A stretch of DNA of 38,939 nucleotides from Solirubrobacterales bacterium (lineage in GTDB: Bacteria > Actinomycetota > Thermoleophilia > Solirubrobacterales > 70-9), in the NCBI GenBank assembly GCA_036406355.1, contig DASXBC010000046.1:1-38939 (forward strand), written 5' to 3'. Of the stretch, positions 25,719 to 34,019 are shown piece by piece (position 1 is the first letter of the stretch; each line of letters opens with the position of its first letter). Under the pieces are notes generated by a model. That model worked only from the letters and a program-made list of their open reading frames with translations. It made no database searches and was not told the DNA's origin. Made by a program: the position numbers and the translations under genes.

Positions 25719-27352
25719 ATGAAGCACGATGTCGATTGGGTGGTGGTCGGGTCCGGCTTCGGTGGCGCGGTGGCGGCGCTGAGACTGGCCGAGAAGGGCT
25801 ACTCGGTGACCGTGCTCGAGTGCGGCAGCCGGTTCCGGGACGAGGACTTCGCCGAGTCCTCGCTGCGGGAACCGCGCCGCTACTTCTGGGCTCCGCGACT
25901 GGGGATGCGAGGCGTCCTCCGCCTGACCTTCTTCAAGGACGTGCTGGTCGTCTCCGGCAGCGGCGTCGGGGGCGGCAGCCTCGGCTACGCGAACACGCTC
26001 TACCGCCCGCGACCCGCCTTCTTCGAGGACCCGCAGTGGGCGGAGCTAGGTAACTGGGAGACCGAGCTCGCACCCCACTACGACACCGCCGAACGGATGC
26101 TGGGGGTCACCGAGTACGAGGGGATGGGCCCCGCCGACAGGCTGCTGAAGGAATACGGCGAAGAGATCGGCGTCGGCGAGACGTTCACGAACACCCGGGT
26201 CGGCGTCTTCTTCGACGAGCCCGGCCGCGAGGTTCCCGACCCCTACTTCGAAGGCGAGGGCCCGGCGCGGACCGGATGCATGCGGTGCGGCAGCTGCATG
26301 GTGGGCTGCCGGCACGGCGCCAAGAACACCCTGGTGAAGAACTACCTCTGGTTCGCCGAGAAGCTGGGGGTCGAGATCCTGCCCGAACGCCAGGTGACCG
26401 AGATCGCGCCGTCGGGAGCCGCGGACGGGTCCGACGGCTATCGCGTCACGAGCGAGCGGTCGGGGGCCTGGGTGCGACGCAGACGCCGGAACCTGACCGC
26501 GCGCGGGGTGGTGGTCGCCGCCGGCGCGCTCGGCACCAACCACCTGCTCGCCAACTGTCGGCACTCCGGCGCCCTGCCGCGGCTCTCAGCGCGGATCGGC
26601 GACGTCGTCCGCACCAACTCCGAGTCGATCCAATCGGTGACCGCGCGCGACGACGAGCGCGACTTCAGCCGCTCGGTCGCGATCACGTCGAGCATCTACC
26701 CCGACCCCGACACCCATATCGAGGTCGTCACCTACGGTGAGGCCGGGGACGCGATGAGCGGCACCTTCACCGCGATGGCCGGGCCCGGGACGCGCCTGAC
26801 CAGGCCCCTCAGGTGGGCTGCGGCAATGGCCCGCCACCCGCTCCAGGCGATCCGCATGCGGATTCCGTTCCGCTGGTCGCGGCGGACGGTGATCCTCCTC
26901 GTAATGCAGACGGTCGACGCGGCGATGCACCTCCGCCCGAGGCGGAAGCTGCTCGGCCGCGGGGTGCGGCTGCAGACCGAGCAGGACCCCGATCGGCCGA
27001 ACCCCATCTATCTGCCCGCCGCGGCGGCCGCAGCGAGATGGTTCGCGAGGCGGACCGGCGGCATCGCCCAGAGCGCGATCACCGAGTCGATCCAGAACGT
27101 CCCCACCACCGCCCACATCCTCGGCGGCGCGGTGATCGGAGTCGACGCCGAGAGCGGGGTCGTCGACTCCGGCAACCGGGTCTTCGGGTACGAGAACCTG
27201 CTTGTCACCGACGGCGCCTCGATCCCGGCCAACCCGGGGGTCAACCCCAGCCTGACGATCGCCGCCAAGGCCGAGCACGCGCTCTCGCTGGTGCCGGCGA
27301 GGGACGGGGCCGAGCCGCGCGACCTGCCCCCGGCCGCGCGGCCGGCCGGCGC

Positions 27353-27380
<28 letters not shown>
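25719..27380 (+). CDS. GMC family FAD-dependent oxidoreductase (cholesterol oxidase ChoD-like)
   Basis: 553-aa ORF with an N-terminal FAD fold ([29 protein letters not shown]) and a C-terminal GMC block (HILGGAVIG...[18 protein letters not shown]). Confidence 0.85.
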
Positions 27381-27952
<572 letters not shown>

Positions 27953-28004
27953 CTGGTACTCCTCTTGTTCGGATTTGGGGGTTGCGCCGCAGACTAACCG
28001 GCTC

Positions 28005-28031
28005 GGTTTGCCGGCGGCTGCGTACGGGTAC
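28005..28031 (+). promoter_or_regulatory. SigB/SigF-type promoter match GGTTT-N16-GGGTAC upstream of the sigma gene
   Basis: GGTTT at 28005-28009, a 16-nt spacer, and GGGTAC at 28026-28031, 85 nt upstream of the ATG at 28117. It matches the actinobacterial SigB/SigF consensus (GTTT/GNNT-N14-17-GGGTAY). Confidence 0.6.
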
Positions 28032-28116
28032 CCGCCGGTGAAGCGGGATTACTACGGTTTGGGTAGCTGCACGGCCTAGGAAGGCTCCAGGGCGGCGATC
28101 GGAGCGACGAGCAGAG

Positions 28117-28929
28117 ATGGCTGCACAGCACCACACAGACGATCCCGGCGTGGCGGGCCCAGGGCCGCAGGAGGGCCTTGCCAGCGAACGCGAGCTCTGG
28201 CGTCGCTTCGCCAGCAACCGGGACCAGACAGCCCGCGAGGAGCTCGTTCGCCGCAACATGGCGTTCGCGAAAAGGCTGGCCCTTCGCTACCGGGGAGCGA
28301 GCGAGTCCCTCGACGATCTCCTTCAGGTCGCCAACATCGGGCTGCTGAACGCGATCGACCGGTTCGACCCTGACCGCGGCATCCCCTTCACCGCATTCGC
28401 GGCTCCGACGATCCTCGGCGAGCTCAAACGGCACTTCCGCGACCGGGTCTGGACGGTCAGGGTCCCGCGCGGCCTCCACGACCGGATGGCAGACGTCGAC
28501 AAAGCGATCACCGAGCTGACGAAGGAGCTCCAGCACTCGCCGTCGGTCGCCCAGATCGCCGACCGGCTCGAACTCGAGATGACCGACGTGCTCGAAGTCC
28601 TCGAGGCCAACCACAACCGCCGACCGCTCTCGCTCGACCGGCCCGTGGGCGGGGACGAGACCGAGGAAGCGGCGCCCGCGGAGTGGATCGGCAACGAGGA
28701 CGAGGGATTCGAGCTGGTGGAGGGTCGGATCGCCCTCGATGCGGCCCTGCCCTACCTCGACGAGCGCGAGCGACTGGTGCTGCGAATGCGGTTCGTCGAC
28801 GACATGACTCAGTCTCAGATCGCCGAGCGGGTGGGCCACTCGCAGATGCACGTCTCGCGCATCCTGCGACGTGCCCTGAGCCGGATCCGCGAGCAGATCA
28901 AGGAGCAGGAGCGGCAGCCGCGAAGCTGA
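28117..28929 (+). CDS. RNA polymerase sigma factor, SigB/SigF/SigG (group 3, stress/sporulation type)
   Basis: 270-aa ORF with region 2 (DLLQVANIGLLNAIDRFDPDRGIPFTAFAAPTILGELKRHFRD), region 3, and a region 4 HTH (MTQSQIAERVGHSQMHVSRI). Confidence 0.9.
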   Translation: MAAQHHTDDPGVAGPGPQEGLASERELWRRFASNRDQTAREELVRRNMAFAKRLALRYRGASESLDDLLQVANIGLLNAIDRFDPDRGIPFTAFAAPTILGELKRHFRDRVWTVRVPRGLHDRMADVDKAITELTKELQHSPSVAQIADRLELEMTDVLEVLEANHNRRPLSLDRPVGGDETEEAAPAEWIGNEDEGFELVEGRIALDAALPYLDERERLVLRMRFVDDMTQSQIAERVGHSQMHVSRILRRALSRIREQIKEQERQPRS

Positions 28930-29743
28930 TCAGCAGGTAGTCGCCATCGTCGGAGCCCTCGATACTGAGCTCGTCGATGAGCGCTTCGAGTGACCCTCCC
29001 ACTCCCGGCACCCGCAGGTCCTCGCGGATCTGCTCGGCTGCGCCCGGTTCCATCGGTCCGAGCCGCAGTTGGATTCCGTCCTCAGCGTCCTCCAGCCCCA
29101 GCTTGACCCGGCCATCGGTGAAGCGTGCGGGCGCCGCAGCGGCAATCGCGTCCGTCACCAAGACCGCGTCGGACATCCGCTCCACCGCCAGGTCTCGGCG
29201 CGCTCCCAGCGCCCCGACGATCCGGGCCAGGAAAGGGGCAAGAAGCTCGGGGCGGTCGGCCAGCACCTCCGTCCGACGAAAGGGGACCGGCTTCATCTCG
29301 ACCGAGTCCGCGACCGCATCGGTTCCCCCTCCCCGCAGGGGCACCCGCATCGAGACCTCGGTGCCGCGGCCAAGGCCGCCGGAGATCGCAAAGCTGCTCG
29401 ACAGGGCTGCGATCAGGGACAACCCAAGGCGCAGGCTCGAGCTGTTGACGTCGGCCTGCGGCCGGATCCCCCTGCCCTCGTCGCGGACGACGACGGTGAG
29501 GCCTTCGGCGTCGGGAATCGCATCGACGGTGAGAGGCCCGGGCTCACCGCCGTACGCATGGGCGACGACGTTCATGCAGGCCTCGGTCACCACTGTCTTC
29601 AGGTCCGCGATGCCCGGCTCATCCATCCCGATCTCCTCGGCGACGCCCGCGAGTGCGTGTCGTACCACGGCCACGTTCTCCGCTTTTGCAGGAAGCAACA
29701 TCTGTAGCCCCCTGGGCTCTTTGGTAGTCGAGGTTTCGGTCAT
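28898..29743 (-). CDS. RsbW-like anti-sigma factor serine kinase (HATPase_c) with an extra ~145-aa C-terminal domain
   Basis: Track ORF 28898..29818 trimmed to the ATG at 29743 (MTETST). N-terminal GHKL blocks present (VVTEACMNVVAHAY, VVVRDEGRGI, GLGLSLI...GTEV). The C-terminal half has no domain I can name. Confidence 0.75.
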   Translation of the reverse strand: MTETSTTKEPRGLQMLLPAKAENVAVVRHALAGVAEEIGMDEPGIADLKTVVTEACMNVVAHAYGGEPGPLTVDAIPDAEGLTVVVRDEGRGIRPQADVNSSSLRLGLSLIAALSSSFAISGGLGRGTEVSMRVPLRGGGTDAVADSVEMKPVPFRRTEVLADRPELLAPFLARIVGALGARRDLAVERMSDAVLVTDAIAAAAPARFTDGRVKLGLEDAEDGIQLRLGPMEPGAAEQIREDLRVPGVGGSLEALIDELSIEGSDDGDYLLISFAAAAPAP

Positions 29744-29810
29744 ACCGCAATCCCCGCTGGGGTGCTTCCCCGGGGTGCCGAGCTTATCCGCCCGGTCTCG
29801 CAAGACGCGA

Positions 29811-29836
29811 GTACCCAAGCACCGACGCAGGCAAAC
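29811..29836 (-). promoter_or_regulatory. Second SigB/SigF-type promoter match GTTT-N16-GGGTAC upstream of the rsbW-like gene
   Basis: On the minus strand: GTTT (29836-29833), a 16-nt spacer, and GGGTAC (29816-29811), 67 nt upstream of the ATG at 29743. Confidence 0.55.
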
Positions 29837-29868
29837 TAGGCGTTGTCGGCGCGCTCTATTCGCTGCGC

Positions 29869-29874
29869 TAGGAT
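29869..29874 (+). promoter_or_regulatory. -10-like TAGGAT placed 6 nt before the GTG of the STAS gene, suggesting a leaderless transcript
   Basis: TAGGAT fits the actinobacterial TANNNT -10. The GTG at 29881 has no Shine-Dalgarno sequence and sits where a transcription start would be expected. Confidence 0.4.
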
Positions 29875-29880
29875 CGAGCT

Positions 29881-30270
29881 GTGAATCCGGTGCCTTTTGA
29901 GGTAGAGGCGGAGGAGCTTGCGGGGGGGATTCGAGCCTTCACCGTGCGCGGCGAGCTCGACATGAATACCGCCCCCGAGCTCGAGGACAGCCTCGAGAAG
30001 GTCGTGACGGCCGAGGCGGCCCAGGTCGTGATCGACCTGACTGCGTGCGACTTCATCGACTCGACCGGAATCGCACTGATCGTGCGCTCCTGGCAGCGTC
30101 TCGACCGCGGAGGAGAGGGCGGCGGCAGGGGCAAGCTCGTGCTCTGTTGCGACAACACCCAGGTGATGAGGCTGCTGCGAATCACCGGGGTGGATTCCTC
30201 GATCTCGGTTCACGAGCAGCGGGACGCGGCGGTCGCCGATCTGCGCGGCAGCGCGCCCGCCGGCGCCTAG
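29881..30270 (+). CDS. STAS-domain anti-sigma factor antagonist (RsbV/SpoIIAA-like)
   Basis: 129-aa ORF with a GTG start and the conserved phosphorylation context DLTACDFIDSTGIALIV. Confidence 0.85.
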   Translation: MNPVPFEVEAEELAGGIRAFTVRGELDMNTAPELEDSLEKVVTAEAAQVVIDLTACDFIDSTGIALIVRSWQRLDRGGEGGGRGKLVLCCDNTQVMRLLRITGVDSSISVHEQRDAAVADLRGSAPAGA

Positions 30271-30677
30271 ACGACGGTCAGCTGCGCGAACTGCTCTTCC
30301 GCGGCGGACGGATTGGGGAAGACCTCGCCGCGGACGAAGAGGCCATCGCGCACGCTCCAGATCCAGGCCGCCGGCATGTCTCGGATTCCGAGCTCTTTGC
30401 TGTGCACGTAGACCCGCCCGCGGACCAGGAGCTGGTCCCCGATCTGATCCACCTGGCTCGGGGTCACGAGCAGCTCTTCCCAGACCTGGGCGGCGTCGGC
30501 AAGGTATTCACGAAGTCCCTCGCGGCCGACATAGGGAGCCTCCCGCCCGACCTGGCCCGCCGTTTCGTACGGGAAAAACTCCATCGCCTCGTCGCAGACG
30601 GCGACGATGTCCTCGGCGTCGCGGCGGTTGAACGCGGTGTAGAGCCGCTCGACGAGCTCCATGCCGGCATCAGCCAT
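30267..30677 (-). CDS. SnoaL/NTF2-like fold protein
   Basis: Track ORF 30267..30725 trimmed to the ATG at 30677 (alternative ATG at 30662). ELVERLYTAFNRRDAEDIVAVCDEAMEF is a typical SnoaL-like N-terminus. Its start overlaps or abuts the stop of the PP2C gene at 30670. Confidence 0.6.
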   Translation of the reverse strand: MADAGMELVERLYTAFNRRDAEDIVAVCDEAMEFFPYETAGQVGREAPYVGREGLREYLADAAQVWEELLVTPSQVDQIGDQLLVRGRVYVHSKELGIRDMPAAWIWSVRDGLFVRGEVFPNPSAAEEQFAQLTVV

Positions 30678-32073
30678 TTGCGACCCCGAGGTTGCGGACG
30701 GCGGCAGCCGGCGCTGCGGCGGCATCGGGGGTGGGCGCCAGAACGACCACCGCGATGTCGTCGTCGAGAGCGCCCTGCGTGAATGACTGGAGGGAGGCTT
30801 CGACCCGCTGGAGAACCTGGGTCGGGTCGGACGCGGCGCGCAGCTCCGACCGCAGCCGATCCTCGCCGAAACGCTCGCTCGGGCCCTGCGCCTCGAGCAC
30901 CCCGTCGGTTACGACCACGAGCTGCTGCCCGGGGTCGAGCGTGCAGTGCGAAACCGACCAGCGGGCATCGTTGAAGGCGCCGAGCACCGGGTCGGCCTGA
31001 CATAGCTCACCGACCTCATCGCCATCGATCAACAGGGGGAGCGGGTGGCCCGCAACCGCGAGCCGGACCGGCCTGGCCGGATCCTCGCTCAGCGCCAGAG
31101 CGACGACGCTGCATAGGGAGGAGTCGCCGCGGGCGAAGAGCGCACGGTTCAGCGTCTCCAGCGCGCGGACCGGGTCGCCGGTCAGCGATGCGGCGGTGCG
31201 GAGCGTGTAGCGAGCGACCGCAGTCAGGGACGCGGCGCGCGCACCCCGGCCGGTGACGTCGCCGACCACGAGCATCCATCCGTCGGCCATCCGGAAGGCG
31301 TCGTAGAAGTCGCCTCCCACCTCGTTCTCGGAGCCGGCGGGACGGTACATCGCCGCTACCGACCAGCCGGGGATATTGGGCAGCGGCGGTGGGAGCAACC
31401 CACGCTGCAGAGTGTCGGCGATCTCGGCTCTGGCCCGCTCGGCGCGCTCGAGGTCCGCGAAGAGACCGCAGTTGTCGAGTGCCAGCGCGACTCGGCCGGA
31501 GAGCACCCAGGCGAAATGGGCGTCCTCGCCGCGGTACCTGCGCCCGGACCAGCCGACCGCCAGGGTCAGCGTCCCGGTGACCTTGCCGCGGGCATTGAGG
31601 GCGACGGTTATCGCCGAATTGCATTCGAGGCTCCGCAGGAACTCCAGATCCTCGGGATCGTTGGCGAGCCCCTGAAGGTCGCGGTCGGTCATCCGCTCGT
31701 AGAAGCGAGGCGTCAGCGACCTCGCCTGACCGCCCTCGATCATCCGCTGCGGAATCGACGGGCTGCGCGCCGCGAGCCCTGCCTCCGCCCCCGGGTCGCC
31801 GCCGGGGGAGACCCGCAGCCCGGCGCGCCTGACCTCCCCGTCCTCGTCGATCAGGTCGATCATGCAGAAGTCCGCGAACGCGGGCACGAGGATGTCGCAG
31901 ATCGCCTCGATCGTCTCCTCGAGAGCGCCACCGGCATCGGAGACGGCCGCCGTTTCGCTCAGGATCCGGTAGCGGCGCCGGGCCTCGCGCTCACGGCTGA
32001 AGAGAACCCACAGCGTCGCCGCCAGCGCGACCAGCGCCAGCACCACCGCAATGGTCTTGACGGTTTCCCCCAA
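30670..32073 (-). CDS. PP2C-family (SpoIIE/RsbU-like) serine phosphatase with an N-terminal TM helix and a GAF-like domain
   Basis: 467-aa ORF with a TTG start. TM helix TIAVVLALVALAATLWVLF and a central GAF-like region. PP2C blocks present: GGDFYDAF, VVGDVTGRGARAA, VVVTDGVLEA. Confidence 0.85.
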   Translation of the reverse strand: MGETVKTIAVVLALVALAATLWVLFSREREARRRYRILSETAAVSDAGGALEETIEAICDILVPAFADFCMIDLIDEDGEVRRAGLRVSPGGDPGAEAGLAARSPSIPQRMIEGGQARSLTPRFYERMTDRDLQGLANDPEDLEFLRSLECNSAITVALNARGKVTGTLTLAVGWSGRRYRGEDAHFAWVLSGRVALALDNCGLFADLERAERARAEIADTLQRGLLPPPLPNIPGWSVAAMYRPAGSENEVGGDFYDAFRMADGWMLVVGDVTGRGARAASLTAVARYTLRTAASLTGDPVRALETLNRALFARGDSSLCSVVALALSEDPARPVRLAVAGHPLPLLIDGDEVGELCQADPVLGAFNDARWSVSHCTLDPGQQLVVVTDGVLEAQGPSERFGEDRLRSELRAASDPTQVLQRVEASLQSFTQGALDDDIAVVVLAPTPDAAAAPAAAVRNLGVANG

Positions 32074-32159
32074 CTTCGCAACCTCATCTTGCTCGAATTG
32101 CGCTACTTAAAACACAGTATGACCGATGCCGATCAGATGTCCAGCGGGCGCGAGAACGG

Positions 32160-32669
32160 CTATGCGATCCCCTCGATCTCGTACTCGCGCAGGAAACCCT
32201 CGAACAGGCGGCGATGTCCCTGCTCGTCATGGAGGATCTCGATCACCATGTCCTGGGTCACGGGATCGACTCCGTCGCTCTCCTCGATGATCCGGGTGTA
32301 GTGCTCGATCGCCCCGGTCTCGGCCTTGATGACGCCGCGGATCACATGGACGATGTCCGTCTGCTCATCCGGCGGCTGCAGGTAGGACTGTTCGGCCGTG
32401 AACTCCTCGGAACCCGGAACGACGCCGTAGAGCTCCTTGATCCGCTCGGCGAAGCGGCGGGCGTGGCCGAGCTCCTCTTCGACGTCTTCCCGCAGGGACT
32501 CCTTGACCTCCTGTGCTCGCACCCCGTCCAGATTCACCGAGGCCGAGATGTAGCCGATGACCGTCTCGATCTCCATCCAGTAGGCCTTGCGAAGCAGCTC
32601 GACGAGGTGCTCGCGCGCCTCGAGGTTGGCGCTGTCAAAAATGCCCTTGCTGGGCGCCGAAGCCTCCAT
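32160..32669 (-). CDS. Ferritin-like domain protein (bacterioferritin/Dps superfamily)
   Basis: Track ORF 32160..32918 trimmed to the ATG at 32669 with GGAGGGAG directly upstream. Four-helix-bundle metal-ligand-like pairs present: EIET, EEELGHARRF, ETGAIEHY, DEQGHRRLF. Confidence 0.75.
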   Translation of the reverse strand: MEASAPSKGIFDSANLEAREHLVELLRKAYWMEIETVIGYISASVNLDGVRAQEVKESLREDVEEELGHARRFAERIKELYGVVPGSEEFTAEQSYLQPPDEQTDIVHVIRGVIKAETGAIEHYTRIIEESDGVDPVTQDMVIEILHDEQGHRRLFEGFLREYEIEGIA

Positions 32670-32706
32670 GCTCCCTCCTTTTCGTAGCCACCGGTCAGGG
32701 TACGCG

Positions 32707-33846
32707 CTACCCGCCTGGGGCAGCGGGCAGTCGCTGTTCCCAGCCGAACGGACCGGGTTCGAAATCCGCCCGTGGGACCGTTTCGGCGTCACCGCCGGTC
32801 CAGGCGTTGAAGCGGTACCAGGAGGGCTTGGCTTCGCGGTTGTCGGTGAGCAGGCCGGCGGAATCGCAGAACTGGCAGGTCGGCGGCTTCGCGTCGGCCC
32901 AGGAGAACCACCAGACACCCGCGATCCGCCAGCTGCGGCGGTGGTTGGAGAGCATCGAGAAGGCGAGGCTCAGCTGATCGGCCTGACCGTAAAGACCGCG
33001 CTCCCAGCGCGACTCGTAGCTGTCAGAGCCCCAGCCGAGCTCGGTCAGGTAGATCGGGGTCGACCCGTCGTGGTGCATTTCCATCACCCGCCGCAGATTC
33101 TCGATCTCGCCGCGCATCGCCTCGGCGCCGGCGACGTAGGGGTGCAGCCCGACGCCGTCGAACCAGGGCTTCACGTTTCGGGCCCGGTAGACGCGGGAGA
33201 GGAAAGCCCCCGGCTGCATGTTCGGAGGAACCTGCAGGGGCCGGCCGAAGAGGCCGCCGAGGATCACCTTCGAACCTGGCTCGACTCGATGGAGGACCTG
33301 GCCGGCTGCGCGCAGGATCTTCGCGAAGCCCTCCGGGTCGGCGCTACCGAAGGTGACGATGTTCGGCTCGTTCCAGATCTCCCAGCTGCGGATCGGCTCC
33401 GGGGTCAGTTCGGGGTTTTCTTCCCAGAATTCCCCGTAGGGCCCGTATCGGAGCGCAGCCCGTCGCAGGAACGACCTCCAGGCCTGGAGCTCGCGGGGCG
33501 TGACGGGTTCCACCCCGGGTTCTTCGGAGAGCCACTGCGGCGTTCCCCAGACGAACGGGAATACCTGCAGGCCGTTTTCGGCCGCCAGTTCGACGCCATG
33601 GTCGAAGGACGACCAGTCGGGGGCCTCGACGCTCGGATTGACGGACTCGATCTGTGACCAGGCAAGCGGCAGCCGAACGCTGGCGACATCTGCCTCGGCC
33701 ATCAGCTCGTAGTCGGACTCAGAGGGAGCGGACTGCGGGGAGATGCCGACGAAGCCCGCCGGAGCGCGGCCGGCGGCGTGCGCGGACGCCGCCGGCAGCG
33801 CCAGCGCCAGCGCGATCGCAATCAATGGCCTGGCTATCCGGATCAT
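32707..33846 (-). CDS. Secreted glycoside hydrolase, clan GH-A (GH5/GH39-like TIM barrel)
   Basis: 379-aa ORF with a signal peptide (MIRIARPLIAIALALALPAASAHA), the acid/base block WEIWNEPN, and a nucleophile-like block YLTELGW. Confidence 0.7.
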   Translation of the reverse strand: MIRIARPLIAIALALALPAASAHAAGRAPAGFVGISPQSAPSESDYELMAEADVASVRLPLAWSQIESVNPSVEAPDWSSFDHGVELAAENGLQVFPFVWGTPQWLSEEPGVEPVTPRELQAWRSFLRRAALRYGPYGEFWEENPELTPEPIRSWEIWNEPNIVTFGSADPEGFAKILRAAGQVLHRVEPGSKVILGGLFGRPLQVPPNMQPGAFLSRVYRARNVKPWFDGVGLHPYVAGAEAMRGEIENLRRVMEMHHDGSTPIYLTELGWGSDSYESRWERGLYGQADQLSLAFSMLSNHRRSWRIAGVWWFSWADAKPPTCQFCDSAGLLTDNREAKPSWYRFNAWTGGDAETVPRADFEPGPFGWEQRLPAAPGG

Positions 33847-33938
33847 GTCTTCGAGCTAACCCCCTGCAGATTCAAAGTAGCGACCCGCACGCCCGCGGCG
33901 TCCCGGCAGCCGCCCCTCTGAGATAATCCGCCCCCTCT

Positions 33939-34012
33939 CGGGGCGTGGCGCAGCCTGGTAGCGCGCACCGTTCGGGTCGGTGAGGTCCCCGGTTCAAATC
34001 CGGGCGCCCCGA
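33939..34012 (+). tRNA. tRNA-Pro (anticodon CGG)
   Basis: Hand-folded cloverleaf. Acceptor CGGGGCG/CGCCCCG, D-arm GCGC-AGCCTGGTA-GCGC, anticodon arm CACCG-TTCGGGT-CGGTG (CGG), and T-arm CCCGG-TTCAAAT-CCGGG. Discriminator is A and there is no encoded CCA. GATAAT -10-like box at 33922-33927. Confidence 0.9.
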
Positions 34013-34019
34013 TAAGAAG

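Noticed and set aside
28056-28066. GGTTTGGGTAG, with -35-like and -10-like motifs directly adjacent, upstream of the sigma gene
   Set aside because: There is no spacer between the motifs, and no GTTT/GNNT lies 14-16 nt upstream of this GGGTAG. The properly spaced match at 28005-28031 is preferred.
32698-32703. Plus-strand GGGTAC near the ferritin-like gene
   Set aside because: It points into the 3' end of a minus-strand gene with no plus-strand gene downstream. Its -35 position reads CTTTT rather than GTTT. It is probably just the complement-side neighbour of the minus-strand GGGTAG candidate.
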